From positions 1 through 52,837 of IMG/VR virus record IMGVR_UViG_3300002053_000024: DNA of 52,837 nucleotides; one strand, written 5' to 3'. The position numbers were made by a program, and so were the translations under genes. Below the pieces are notes generated by a model. The model was given only the letters and a program-made list of their open reading frames with translations, had not been told where the DNA came from and did not search any database. Position 1 is the first letter of the stretch. Each line of letters begins with the position of its first letter. Below, piece after piece: positions 16,018 through 26,812 of this stretch. The DNA is from a virus. Its lineage: Duplodnaviria; Caudoviricetes.

Positions 16018-18462
16018 ATGCCGCAGGCAGTAGATATAATAATATCCTTCCGCGATAAATTCAGCGCGGGGATACGAAAAGTAAAATCCGAAATGAAGGG
16101 TCTAGGCCAAGAAGCAAAAGGTCTAGGCGCAAGGCTTAAAACGGTACAAGGTGCGTTGGGTGCTTTCGGGCTTGCGGCAGGCGGCGCGGCAGTAGTCGCC
16201 GCCTTTTCCAAAGCTGTAGGCACGTTCAAAGAATTTGACGATACCATGCGTGCCGTTGGCGCGGTTTCGGGTGCTACTACCGAAGAACTTCAAATGCTTC
16301 GGGATACCGCCGAAAAAATGGGGGCGGAAACCCGATTTAGCGCAAGCGAAGCCGCAGATGGTCTTCGCTTGCTATCAATGGCGGGCTTAAGCGCCGCAGA
16401 TTCTATAGAAGTACTACCTTCCGTTTTGCAGTTGGCTTCGGCAGGCATGGTTGATCTTGGAACCGCTGCCGATATTGCTACAAATGTAATGTCCGCTTTC
16501 GGCCTTACGGTCGAAGAACTTCCCCGCGTTAATGACGTTCTGGTAAAAACCTTCACTTCTACAAATACTACCCTTGGCGAACTCGGCGAAGCGTTCAAGC
16601 TTGTAGGCCCAATTGCTAAAGGACTTGGCGCGGACTTCGAAGACTTGAACGCGGCGTTAGGACAGTTGGGTAATGCCGGTCTTAAAGGTTCGCTTGCCGG
16701 TACTTCTTTGCGTGGTGCGCTTAATGCACTATTTAATCCGACCAAAGAAGAAGCTAAATTGATGGAAGATTTAAGCCAACGTATCGGCGGGGCGGGTTTA
16801 CAGATTAAAAATGCCGAAGGGGGGTTCATTGGATTTGTAGAAGTAATAAAGCAATTAGAACAAGCCGCACTTACCGGCGACGAAGCATTAAGACTTTTTG
16901 GACAGCGTGCGGGGCCGGGAATTGCCGCACTTTTGCAACAGGGTAGTAAAAGTCTTGAAGACCTTCGGGAAAAACTGCGTACCGCAGGCGGAACCGCAGA
17001 AAGAATAGCACAACAGATGGAAGCAGGATTAGGCGGCGCGTTCCGTAGATTGCTTGCGGCAACCGAAGGGGTATCAATAGCTTTAATTGATTTAATTTCC
17101 CCTGCACTTAACAATATAATAGATTCGATAGCAAAATCGTTATCAAGCATAAGCCAAGAATTAAAAAATATCCAGAAGAACGCGGATACAAAAGCAGTAT
17201 TAGCAGGATTGGGAACAATTGTAGGTTGGTTGTTTAGGATAATCGGATTCCTTGGAAAGATAACAGTATTATTCAGCCCGATTACCAACGCGATAAAATC
17301 CCTTGGCAGATTTACGTTAGCATGGAGAAAAGCCTTTCCGAAAGAAGAAATAGATAAAGCCAATGATGGTCTTACCGAAACCGAACGCAAAGCCCAAGAC
17401 GCATCTAAAGCTATTGGTACGGCAGGCTTTGAAGCCGCAAGATTGGCGAATAATTTAGAAGCGTCGAACGAAGAAGTAGCAGCTTTTGAAAAGCAGGCCA
17501 AAAAAGTTTACAAAGCTGCTATTGAAGAAGCGAAAAAATATGGCGAAGAAGTTTTAAAAATTGAACAAGAAATAGCACTTTCGCGATTGTCGGCGGAAGA
17601 TCGTATAAGAGAACTTCGAAGAAGGACGTTATCAGAAACCGAACAATTCGAAGACAAACAAATACAGGCAGCAGAAAAATTAAAGGCCGCGCGCGAAGCA
17701 GCGGCAGAAGGGGATATAGAAGGGGTACGTCGCTTTACGGATCAAGCCAAAAACCTGTATTCTTCGCTTGCCGGGGTAGTGGAAGAAGACTTGGGCGGCG
17801 GAACCAAAACAGTTATAAAGGATATTAACGAAACAACCGACGTAGCGATTCAAGGCATTAGGGAATCGCAGGCGGTACTAGAAGAAGCCTTGGGCGCGCA
17901 GGCGGACAAGATACGGGAAAACCAAAGCGCCGCGCAAGAATTAGCAGATACGGCTAAAGAAGCTTTGGACGAAATTGCCGGGGACAGGGAAGCAAATGTT
18001 ACTATCGAATTGGAGAATTTGGAACAAGCCCAATCCGATATAAACGATCTAATAAAAGACGAAACCAAACGCATACGGATAGAAGTAGAAAAGGTCGAGA
18101 AATCGCAAACAGGCGGGTTTATTCCGCGAAGTAAAAAGCTATCCGGTTATGGCGGCGGGGACAGAATCAAAGCCTTGTTAGAAGGCGGCGAATATATTAT
18201 GCGTAAGGAAGCAGTTCGCAAATACGGCGCGGGAATGATGGAACAAATAAACGCTATGAAATTCAAATTGGGCGGACTAGTAGATAATTTCAATATGCCG
18301 AAGTTGCAAACGGGTGGGGCAGTTAGCAGCAGCGAACTAAAAGACTTCGGCAGGGTTGATATCGTCGTAGGCGACCGCGCCTTTCCGGTGTTGGCGCAAG
18401 CCGGGGTAGTAGAACAGTTGAAGGAACATATAACGCGCGAAAATTTAACGCGGAGTAATTAA
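16018..18462 (+). CDS. Tape measure protein (TP901-like core)
   Basis: TRFSASEAADG..LSMAG, GLKGSLAGTSL, GTAERIAQQME; C-terminal GGGDRIKALLEGGEYIM. Confidence 0.93.
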   Translation: MPQAVDIIISFRDKFSAGIRKVKSEMKGLGQEAKGLGARLKTVQGALGAFGLAAGGAAVVAAFSKAVGTFKEFDDTMRAVGAVSGATTEELQMLRDTAEKMGAETRFSASEAADGLRLLSMAGLSAADSIEVLPSVLQLASAGMVDLGTAADIATNVMSAFGLTVEELPRVNDVLVKTFTSTNTTLGELGEAFKLVGPIAKGLGADFEDLNAALGQLGNAGLKGSLAGTSLRGALNALFNPTKEEAKLMEDLSQRIGGAGLQIKNAEGGFIGFVEVIKQLEQAALTGDEALRLFGQRAGPGIAALLQQGSKSLEDLREKLRTAGGTAERIAQQMEAGLGGAFRRLLAATEGVSIALIDLISPALNNIIDSIAKSLSSISQELKNIQKNADTKAVLAGLGTIVGWLFRIIGFLGKITVLFSPITNAIKSLGRFTLAWRKAFPKEEIDKANDGLTETERKAQDASKAIGTAGFEAARLANNLEASNEEVAAFEKQAKKVYKAAIEEAKKYGEEVLKIEQEIALSRLSAEDRIRELRRRTLSETEQFEDKQIQAAEKLKAAREAAAEGDIEGVRRFTDQAKNLYSSLAGVVEEDLGGGTKTVIKDINETTDVAIQGIRESQAVLEEALGAQADKIRENQSAAQELADTAKEALDEIAGDREANVTIELENLEQAQSDINDLIKDETKRIRIEVEKVEKSQTGGFIPRSKKLSGYGGGDRIKALLEGGEYIMRKEAVRKYGAGMMEQINAMKFKLGGLVDNFNMPKLQTGGAVSSSELKDFGRVDIVVGDRAFPVLAQAGVVEQLKEHITRENLTRSN

Positions 18463-18464
18463 AA

Positions 18465-19091
18465 ATGGCAATTACATTAGGCGGCATATCACTACCGGAC
18501 GTTGTTATAGAAAATGAATTTTCACAACGACAGGTAAGGGCAGTAGTAGAATTTTCTTTAGGGGGATCGCCGCTTATTTGGGAAGACAATTATTATGGAA
18601 AGGATATTACTTTAGTTGGCGCAGACGATTTCGCTTGGATCGACCGAAGTACATTGCAGCAGTTATTTGCTATAGCAGGCGTACCGAACGCGTTTTATAC
18701 TTTGGATTATGAAGGGGAACTTTACAGCGTTCGATTTAAACATGAAATGCCCCCAGTAATATCTGCTACGCCTATCGTACCAAGGCCAAACCACGACAGC
18801 GGCGACTATTACAATAATTTGGAAATCCGGTTAATGGAAATCGAACCGGAAAGTATCAGTATTAGCATAAGCCAAAGCAGTAGTAGCGAATCGGAAAGCA
18901 AGTCTTCCGAATCGTCGAGTAGCGAAAGTTCGCAAAGCAGTAGTTCTTCTTCGGAATCAGTTAGCAAGTCAAGTTCTTCCGAATCAAGCGTAAGCGTATC
19001 GTCACAAAGTAGCGAATCGTCCGAATCGTCTTTTCCGATAACAACGACAACGACGACAACTACTACCAGTACGACAACGACGGGAACATAG
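18465..19091 (+). CDS. Distal tail-like protein with a Ser- then Thr-rich C-terminal extension
   Basis: ITLGGISLP..SLGG..GKDITL..AWIDRSTL; last ~80 aa mostly Ser/Glu, then TTTTTTTTTSTTTTGT. Confidence 0.7.
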   Translation: MAITLGGISLPDVVIENEFSQRQVRAVVEFSLGGSPLIWEDNYYGKDITLVGADDFAWIDRSTLQQLFAIAGVPNAFYTLDYEGELYSVRFKHEMPPVISATPIVPRPNHDSGDYYNNLEIRLMEIEPESISISISQSSSSESESKSSESSSSESSQSSSSSSESVSKSSSSESSVSVSSQSSESSESSFPITTTTTTTTTSTTTTGT

Positions 19092-19101
19092 GGGGTAGAA
19101 A

Positions 19102-20538
19102 ATGACTATCGCAATATCGGACGTTAAATTTCGAAAGCCTGTAACCATTACGGATACGGGCGTTAACGGGGGAAGAAAAAGCAGCGTCCAACGTTTGACC
19201 AACGTTCGACATTCGCTTTTCCCGCGCGTTACCAAAGCCGAACGCACCGCAGGGGTAACGCGCTACAGGAAAGATTTTTGGTGCAACGAAAACGCGTTGG
19301 ACGAAATCGCTTACGATGTACTATTGTATATCGAATTTCCTTCCAATGGCGGCGACCGTTTTTATATCGGACGTGGTACGCAATCCGATATCCAAAGCGA
19401 AATGCTATTAGACCCGCCGATATGGGGCGGTTGCGGAAAGCTGAATAGCTCACTTGTGGGCGGGGAAGGTTCTGTAGACTTGCTAATGGAAGCAGACGAT
19501 TTCGAATTTCGAAACGGCGGAATACTTCATTTGTCCGACAAGTTCAAAACCGGACAGACCGTAGATAGCGACGTTCAAATTGGCGATAGCGTTACGTACA
19601 GCGGCGGAACTTGGTCTAAGATTGCTTCTACTACCGATATTATCTACCCCAACGGCGTATATGTAGGAAGCAACGTTGTTATGACAAATGAAACCGGCGT
19701 TAGCAACGAAGAATTTTTAACTATCGCCGAAAACCTTACGACCGACGAAGACATAGGCAACGGGAACGGAAGCTCTACTTCCCCGGCATTAACCGATCTT
19801 GCTAACGTTACCAACGGGCTTGTCGGCAAGGCAGGCTTTCAACCGGTAATTACTGCTACGTGCGGCGGTACGCAGCGGACAGTTACCATAGATGAAAACG
19901 GCGATTGCAGCGGCTACTGTTCTGCCGGTCAAATCAATATGGATACGGGCGTATGGATTACCGATATTACATGGACAACCGCACCGGACAATGCGACCGA
20001 TATTTTAGCTACCTATTACGACAAGCCTTATTCGTATTCGGGCAACGTCGCTACGGTAGAACTTGAAAGCGGGGTTACGGTAGCGAACGCATATTCTTCT
20101 ACCAATACGTACGGGGCGGATTGCGTAGAAAATGACGACGACGAAGTAAAACCGCTTGTATCCAACTGGAACGAAAATAGCGTAAGTGGAACCTACGACG
20201 AAACAAGCTACCCGTTGGCATTAAACAATGACGGGGCAGAAGAAGACCAATGGACAATTACCTTTACTTCTGCTACGGCATTTACGGTTAGCGGTCTGTA
20301 TGCCGGTAGCGTCGGAACTGGAAGTATTTCCGCCGACTTCATTCCTATTAATCCTAACACCGGACAACCTTTCTTCACTTTACTTTCTGCCGGTTGGGGC
20401 GGAACGTGGGCGAACGGGGAAACCTTGCAATTCAGAACGCACCCCGCCGCGCTTCCGGTTTGGTGGAAAGAAATAGTTCCCGCTGCAACGGCAGCAGAAA
20501 ATAACAACTTGTCAATCATGGGTTGGTATGCAGAATAA
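19102..20538 (+). CDS. Tail tip/baseplate structural protein
   Basis: DVKFRK..NGG..LFPRVTKAERTAG..YRK N-terminus; NPNTGQPFFTL..GWGGTW..F.T.PA..PVW C-terminus; tail gene context. Confidence 0.65.
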   Translation: MTIAISDVKFRKPVTITDTGVNGGRKSSVQRLTNVRHSLFPRVTKAERTAGVTRYRKDFWCNENALDEIAYDVLLYIEFPSNGGDRFYIGRGTQSDIQSEMLLDPPIWGGCGKLNSSLVGGEGSVDLLMEADDFEFRNGGILHLSDKFKTGQTVDSDVQIGDSVTYSGGTWSKIASTTDIIYPNGVYVGSNVVMTNETGVSNEEFLTIAENLTTDEDIGNGNGSSTSPALTDLANVTNGLVGKAGFQPVITATCGGTQRTVTIDENGDCSGYCSAGQINMDTGVWITDITWTTAPDNATDILATYYDKPYSYSGNVATVELESGVTVANAYSSTNTYGADCVENDDDEVKPLVSNWNENSVSGTYDETSYPLALNNDGAEEDQWTITFTSATAFTVSGLYAGSVGTGSISADFIPINPNTGQPFFTLLSAGWGGTWANGETLQFRTHPAALPVWWKEIVPAATAAENNNLSIMGWYAE

Positions 20539-20551
20539 AAGGTAGTAAATT

Positions 20552-23500
20552 ATGGGTTGGCTCGGTAATTGGGCGTATCGTCGCAAGATTGTTATTCCCG
20601 CGTCAAAGATCGATGATACGTTAAATAACTTCCCCTTGCTAATAATATTCGGCCCGTCCGATACGGACTTTCACGCCGAAATGACTACAAGCGATTGGGG
20701 CAAGATAGCTTGTACGACCGATGATGGAGTAACGCAGATAAAGGGGGTAGTAAACCGATCCCGCAGTTCCCCCGATAATCATTGGTCGGGTACAGTAATA
20801 GTTCCGCAGATAGATAAGAACGTAGATACAATTCTTTACTTCTATTACGATTCTTCCCAAGCTTTTAATACTACTTATTGGGGAAGCGCACAACACCCAA
20901 CGAATTCGCCTGCCGCCGACGTATGGAATTCAAATTTTATCGGAGTATATCAATTTGGACAAGCCCCTTCGACCGGGGACGAACTTTGGGATTCTACCGG
21001 CAACGATAACTACGGTGATGCTATCGGGGCCGTATCGCGCGTAGACAATGAATTTGGCGCAGCTTGGAATTTCGATGGTTCTACCGGTTATGCAGAAGTA
21101 TTTGATACTTCGCCCTTTGTCGGCCTTTCTGCTATTACTATTGAAATTCGATTTAAGAAGGATTCTGAAATTGATTGGATGAAGTTAGTAGACCTTCGTA
21201 AATCCGATCTTTCAAACGATGTCTTTCGAATCTACTTGGACGACGATGTAACCGACCGCGATTTTGATTGTCAAATGTTCAATGATTCGGATGCCGTAAT
21301 GTTTACGCTTCATTCGAACGGGGGGTTCAATAATGACGAATGGTACACGCTTCAAGTTACTTATGATAAAAATACCAATACTGCACGAATGTACGTCAAT
21401 GGTGAATTTCGCGACGAAGTTACAGGGACAAGCGAAGACCTTAATTCTTCTACCGATAACGGACTTTACTTCGGAAGAATACCAACGGGTAGCGGTCATT
21501 TTTTAGACGGGCAACTTTTTGAAGTCCGCTTTTCTGATATCGCCCGCCCCGTCGCGTGGTTGAAAGCAACGCATCTTAGTTTATCAAATGAACTAATCAC
21601 AATCGAAGAAGAAAACAGCAGCGAATCGAGTTTTTCGCAAACAAGCAAATCGAGCAGTTCCGAAAGCAATAGTTCTTCTTCCGAATCGTCCGGTTCTTCT
21701 TCTTCCAGTTCCGAAGACAGTAAAAGCCAATCGTCCGCTTCCGATGGATGGTTGCCGGGATACCGCTATAGAGTAAAATTAACTATCGATAACACGAAGG
21801 TTGATGGCGACCGGACAAATCAACACGCGGGCATACACATTAGCGCAGACAGCGGCCCGTCAAGTCAAGACCTTACTTGGCTTTTTGATTGGTTGCCAAA
21901 CCCGCGCGATTGGCGAAGACTTGCGTTTACACAAGGCGACGGGGTTTCGCGTCTATATGCAGACGTAGAACGGTGGACACCAGAAGACAACGAAGCTTGG
22001 ATATGGGTTGGTGATAGTACAGGCGCGTGGACGTGGTTTGGTTCATCCGATACGGAATTCTATTTATACTTCGATCCACTTACTTCCGACGAAACTTATA
22101 TTAGCAAGGGTGGTGGTGTTGGCGGCGACGCTTATACTTCTTCTTTACCTTATATATTTAATATAGACGAAGATGCAGTAGAAAATAAATTTCAATACGA
22201 CAGCGGTTATGCGGATTCCGCCAACGATTTACAAATGTTTGGCGAATGGATGCCCGAACATTTTGTAGAAGGGCCAAACGGACATAGGGCGCTAGTATTT
22301 AACAACGGGGAAGGATTTAGATTTTTACGTGGGGCATCTAATGATTTTAGTCAATTAAAGGGGGCAACTACCGGCATTTCTATTGAAATGCTGATTAAAT
22401 TTACTGCTACTCCGCCACAATTAGATACCATACTTGATTTTTCAGAAATAGGCAGCCGTGGCGTGGCAAGAGTAGTAAAAGTACGTTATTCGTCAACAAA
22501 TGGAATTATACTTATTGTTTTTGATTCCAGTAATAGTGAAATAGATATTCTAAATACCGCTTGGTTTCCTTCAATCGGAACTTGGTATTATGTAGCCCTT
22601 ATGTATAATCCAGTTGGTACGCAGGCAGTATTACAAGTTAATACTACCGAACAAGCCAACGATACTTCTTTTGGATCGGGACAATTAGCAGGCGGGGGAA
22701 CGGGAAATACTATATACATAGGCGCTAGCGCAAGCGCAGATGCAAGCGACCAACAGAATACACGATGGTCGAACGTAGAAATAGCAAGAATAGAATTTAG
22801 CAGCACAAGTAGGGGAAAGGCTTATCGTGATACCCAATACTATCAATATATAGACGACGCGATTACATGGGGGGCGTTAGAAGGTGATGTTTCCGAAAGT
22901 CCGTCGTCGCTATCATGGAGTAGTAGCCTTAGTTCTTCTTCCAATTCGTCAGAATCATCGGCAAGTAGTATATCGTCTACGTCGTCGAGTTCGTCCAGTT
23001 TAAGTGTTTCCAAAAGTTCTACTTCTTCTTTGTCTGAATCCAGTTCGTCGCAATCAGTTAGCAAAAGTTCCAGTTCCGAATCGTCGGTATCGTCGGAATC
23101 CAGTACCAGTAGTTCTTCTTCGTCCGAATCGTCTACGTCGTCGAGCAGCGAATCAAGCGAATCAAGCCGAAGCAAGATTAGCGACGTTGCCGGGATTATC
23201 GGACATATTGGCGGAATGGGCGAACAAGCCTTCGCCGCGAATATAAACCCATTGGGAATTCAAAACCATATTACTGCTATTAATACTTTAGTCGAACCGG
23301 TGCTATCGCAGATAACCGCTATAAATGAATTAAGCGGCGACCCTGCTAGCGCAGTAATCGTAGCAACGAACGAAATAAGCGATAAGGACATAGCGCAGGG
23401 AATAGTAAAGAACTTAATCACAATCGGATCATACGGCGCGCAGTTTCAAAGCGTTGATTGGAATATATTTTTGGACGGGGTTAGCATCCGTAACAAGATA

Positions 23501-24823
23501 AACGAAGAATCGATATCGGTACAATTCAACGAAGCGACCGTACATAATACTATCAATTTTTCTTCAATTGACCGAAGCTTGTTTTTACGGTGCGATACTC
23601 TTATTAATTATGGTCAACCGCGTTTGCGATTGGATATAAGCGGGCGTACCTTTTGGTTTTTGCTTGAACGACGCGCAGGCGACGAAATTAATTTTCAAAT
23701 TTGGGGAAGAAGTATTTCTGCCTTGGACGACGAACCATATGCTACTACGGTGGATTTCACGCTAACGCAACCGACAAGCGCGAAAGAAGTTGCGGAAACG
23801 ATAGTACAATCAAACGCGGTTGATTTCCAAGTTATCGATTGGGTTTTGCCAATCGATTTCGAATTCAGCGGAACACCAGTAGAAGGACTTCTGGAAATTG
23901 CCAACGCGATTGGCGGTGTATTACGTTGTAAAGACGACGGTAGCTTTTTGATTAGAAGAAAGTACCCCGTTCGTCCGGTTAATATTCCTAATGCCGCTGC
24001 GAACGTCAACTATGATAGGGTAGCAAATATAATCCAATTAAGTTTCGAAGACATTAAAGGCAGCGGTTGGGATAGGGTAGAAGTAATAGGCTATGCCCCC
24101 GGCGCGCAAATCCCTGTTTTGGAATTGGAAGAAAGTTCACCGGTACGCGGAACGGAAGTACACCTTCGCGTATATTGGGCGAACAACGCCCCGACCGAAG
24201 AAGTAGAAGAATTCGTAACAGATGGTTTGATTTCCGATCTTGGAAGCTATACCGAACAGAAAACCGAAACCGTCGTATTTACAGAAGGTACGGCAGATAC
24301 ACAATATCCGATTACTTCGCTTGACAGTTTCGAATTTATCGGCTTCGATGCAGGCATTATAACGGCAACGCAATACACAACCGAATTGAATTTAAGCAGT
24401 ACAGATTTATACGCTATTGCTACGGTTACATATACTACCACTTATCAACGCTATATGATGTTCGACCACGACGTTGTAAAGCTTTTAACGGTGCTATCCA
24501 TACCGACCGCAAGCGATACGTCAATAATCGTTCAAATGGGTGAAGGCTTGAATCCTTCCCCGCGCAATATCGAACAAGGATTGCTAACAAATGAAGCCGT
24601 AGCGGTAGAACGTGGTTTGGCTTTCTTGGATTTGAACCGTTACGACCGTCGAAGAATAGTACTATCCGTTCCTTATTCGGACAGTACTCAAGACGGAAAC
24701 ATTGCATATTTGAATGAAGACGAACTAAGCATTGTCGGCAACGTGCATATATCGGCGGTAGAAATTAATTTCAAAGGCCCGCAAGTAACCAATAGGGTAG
24801 AAGTAGAACTATGCCTACTTTAA
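20552..24823 (+). CDS. Two (DUF2341-like + LamG-like) adhesion units joined by poly-Ser linkers to a tail tip/hub-like C-terminal region
   Basis: WLGNWAYRRKI and WLPGYRYRVKLTIDN starts; LYFYY; FDGSTGY..WYTLQVTYD..MYVNG..LYFG..LDGQLFEVRFS LamG pattern; EIANAIGGVLRC in the C-terminal part. Confidence 0.75.
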   Translation: MGWLGNWAYRRKIVIPASKIDDTLNNFPLLIIFGPSDTDFHAEMTTSDWGKIACTTDDGVTQIKGVVNRSRSSPDNHWSGTVIVPQIDKNVDTILYFYYDSSQAFNTTYWGSAQHPTNSPAADVWNSNFIGVYQFGQAPSTGDELWDSTGNDNYGDAIGAVSRVDNEFGAAWNFDGSTGYAEVFDTSPFVGLSAITIEIRFKKDSEIDWMKLVDLRKSDLSNDVFRIYLDDDVTDRDFDCQMFNDSDAVMFTLHSNGGFNNDEWYTLQVTYDKNTNTARMYVNGEFRDEVTGTSEDLNSSTDNGLYFGRIPTGSGHFLDGQLFEVRFSDIARPVAWLKATHLSLSNELITIEEENSSESSFSQTSKSSSSESNSSSSESSGSSSSSSEDSKSQSSASDGWLPGYRYRVKLTIDNTKVDGDRTNQHAGIHISADSGPSSQDLTWLFDWLPNPRDWRRLAFTQGDGVSRLYADVERWTPEDNEAWIWVGDSTGAWTWFGSSDTEFYLYFDPLTSDETYISKGGGVGGDAYTSSLPYIFNIDEDAVENKFQYDSGYADSANDLQMFGEWMPEHFVEGPNGHRALVFNNGEGFRFLRGASNDFSQLKGATTGISIEMLIKFTATPPQLDTILDFSEIGSRGVARVVKVRYSSTNGIILIVFDSSNSEIDILNTAWFPSIGTWYYVALMYNPVGTQAVLQVNTTEQANDTSFGSGQLAGGGTGNTIYIGASASADASDQQNTRWSNVEIARIEFSSTSRGKAYRDTQYYQYIDDAITWGALEGDVSESPSSLSWSSSLSSSSNSSESSASSISSTSSSSSSLSVSKSSTSSLSESSSSQSVSKSSSSESSVSSESSTSSSSSSESSTSSSSESSESSRSKISDVAGIIGHIGGMGEQAFAANINPLGIQNHITAINTLVEPVLSQITAINELSGDPASAVIVATNEISDKDIAQGIVKNLITIGSYGAQFQSVDWNIFLDGVSIRNKINEESISVQFNEATVHNTINFSSIDRSLFLRCDTLINYGQPRLRLDISGRTFWFLLERRAGDEINFQIWGRSISALDDEPYATTVDFTLTQPTSAKEVAETIVQSNAVDFQVIDWVLPIDFEFSGTPVEGLLEIANAIGGVLRCKDDGSFLIRRKYPVRPVNIPNAAANVNYDRVANIIQLSFEDIKGSGWDRVEVIGYAPGAQIPVLELEESSPVRGTEVHLRVYWANNAPTEEVEEFVTDGLISDLGSYTEQKTETVVFTEGTADTQYPITSLDSFEFIGFDAGIITATQYTTELNLSSTDLYAIATVTYTTTYQRYMMFDHDVVKLLTVLSIPTASDTSIIVQMGEGLNPSPRNIEQGLLTNEAVAVERGLAFLDLNRYDRRRIVLSVPYSDSTQDGNIAYLNEDELSIVGNVHISAVEINFKGPQVTNRVEVELCLL

Positions 24824-25062
24824 AAAGAATGTTAGCCCCCGCACCGGAACGCAAGGTTCTTTCGGGGGAAGTAATAAACAAAAATGCCAATAATACTTAC
24901 AATGTTAGCATTGGCGGACGTATTTTAATCGTGCGTTCTACTGATACTGCTATTAAGAAGGGAACGCGGGTTGTTATTAATAAAGCCGACGAAGGGTATT
25001 ATATAATTACTACTGAAAAACGAAGAACCAGAAACTTGCAAACGGTGATTGTCAATGGTTGA
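24811..25062 (+). CDS. Small beta-rich tail protein (OB-fold-like)
   Basis: GEVI..YNVSIGG..VRS..KGTRVVI pattern; overlaps both neighbours. Confidence 0.55.
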   Translation: MPTLKRMLAPAPERKVLSGEVINKNANNTYNVSIGGRILIVRSTDTAIKKGTRVVINKADEGYYIITTEKRRTRNLQTVIVNG

Positions 25063-25858
25063 AAAAGTAACCCATATAACGGATTTCGACGAAGAATACA
25101 CTACCCTTGCCGAAGGAATCACTATCGAACTTGACGATAGCGCGAATCTTTCCGCTAACAATGAAGTTCGCAGCGATTTCGCACCGGACGGAGTAGACAA
25201 AGCTTTTCTTCGTGTAATTGTCGATAACCGGGACTTCGAATACGAAATAAAGCACAATGGAACCAAGATAACAAAAGAAGGTACAAATATTGCTATCGAG
25301 CATACGGAAACGTTGAAGTTCTATGACGAAGCGACGCAGGAATTAGCCTACAAGCCGATAGTATCTAAAGACCCGTACGTATATACTTTTATCGGGGCGC
25401 AGCCGAAAAATGAAAATGGAAAACTGCTAGTACCAACGTTTGACGGTAAGACGGTTCGCTTTCCCGAATCTGTAGTAGCGTCAATAGAAGTAACGTACAA
25501 ATATTCGGCGGATCGTTGGGGACTTACAAGCCAGTATAGCGGCGATATTCTGGTAGTGGCAATACAAGACCGCAACGGAGAAATAGCAAAGGATACCGAA
25601 GACGTAACCTTTACAGCAGAAGCAGGCGAAACGCAAGAATACACATTGGTAGTAAAAGACTTTTGCGACGATGCAGAAATAGCAGGGGCAACCGTATATT
25701 TAAATGGGGCTTTGGTCGGAACTACCGGAAACGACGGTACGATTTTTCTTGGCGAATTATTTATAGGACAGGAATACTTCTTACGCGTAACAAAAACAGG
25801 ATATATAAATTCAGATGAAGACACGCTTCTAAACGATAGCTTTATACCGGAATCGTAA
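25055..25858 (+). CDS. Tail-associated protein with a C-terminal PEGA/Ig-like domain
   Basis: IAGATVYLNG..GTTGNDG..L..G.EY.LRVTKTGY. Confidence 0.6.
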   Translation: MVEKVTHITDFDEEYTTLAEGITIELDDSANLSANNEVRSDFAPDGVDKAFLRVIVDNRDFEYEIKHNGTKITKEGTNIAIEHTETLKFYDEATQELAYKPIVSKDPYVYTFIGAQPKNENGKLLVPTFDGKTVRFPESVVASIEVTYKYSADRWGLTSQYSGDILVVAIQDRNGEIAKDTEDVTFTAEAGETQEYTLVVKDFCDDAEIAGATVYLNGALVGTTGNDGTIFLGELFIGQEYFLRVTKTGYINSDEDTLLNDSFIPES

Positions 25859-26812
25859 ATGAAAACGTTAACCGTCCATTTGTGTAGAAAAACATTAGGC
25901 GAAAGGGCGGGGCAAGTTTCGTTTGACGATCAAGCCGACGTGATAGAAGTAGATGCAGAAAATAAAACTATCACTACCAAGATCATTGAACGCAGCCCGC
26001 CCGATACTTGCCGCAGGCCAATTCGTCGTTTAATACAAACTTATTTATTATCCGAAGCCTTTGGGGGAGTAGGCGGGGTAGCGATATCGGAATGTAACCC
26101 CGGTTGCTTCTGGTACGACCCTGTAAAGAAAAGCTACGTACGTTGGGATCGTGCGCGGATCGTAGGCGAAGACACGATTTACGATACGTACCCAATTATA
26201 GAGTACTATAATCCCGATCATTGTCATTGGTTTAGAACTGAATTCTTAGTAGACGGGCCACCGAACGTACCGGAAGACTATGGTGAAGGTTTGGATTTAT
26301 TGGCCTTTACAGAACCGGACGCACCAAATAGAATACCGGATCAAAGCGACCCCGATTCGCAATTTACTGGTAGTACTTGGACGGAATACATTTTAAATCA
26401 AAATGTAATAGTCCCCGGTATGCGAATGTTAGCATTTCATTGGTTCAATGACCGAAGACAAACTTCGCGATTAATTGGTAGCTATTCATGGGAATATCTT
26501 TGTACGTGTTGTCTTACCGGGGGAACAATATTAGCAAGGGTAGGCGAAGTAAAAGACCCGCTGCATTTTTATATTGTCGGCGTGGAAGGAATAGCACAAA
26601 AGGGCGTACCGTCCGATTTCATAGATTGGCAAGTGGGCGATTGGGTTTATTTACTGCCGATGCCCGTTAGCGACGATTGCCAAGACGTGCTACGAAAAGC
26701 CCCTTGTAAAGCGGCTTGTGGTAAATGGCATCCAAGCGAATCGGATAGGGATACACAAGGTAGTAGAACTTTTATGATTATCCCGTTAAAGATTTGGGAA
26801 TATGGCGCATGA
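25859..26812 (+). CDS. Cys-rich hypothetical tail-region protein
   Basis: ORF abuts neighbours; many Cys; C-terminal PSDFIDWQVGDWVYL. Confidence 0.6.
   Translation: MKTLTVHLCRKTLGERAGQVSFDDQADVIEVDAENKTITTKIIERSPPDTCRRPIRRLIQTYLLSEAFGGVGGVAISECNPGCFWYDPVKKSYVRWDRARIVGEDTIYDTYPIIEYYNPDHCHWFRTEFLVDGPPNVPEDYGEGLDLLAFTEPDAPNRIPDQSDPDSQFTGSTWTEYILNQNVIVPGMRMLAFHWFNDRRQTSRLIGSYSWEYLCTCCLTGGTILARVGEVKDPLHFYIVGVEGIAQKGVPSDFIDWQVGDWVYLLPMPVSDDCQDVLRKAPCKAACGKWHPSESDRDTQGSRTFMIIPLKIWEYGA

Noticed and set aside
16290-17501. 403-aa antisense ORF inside the tape measure gene
   Set aside because: Shadow of biased Ala/Gly/Leu codons; no RBS or motifs
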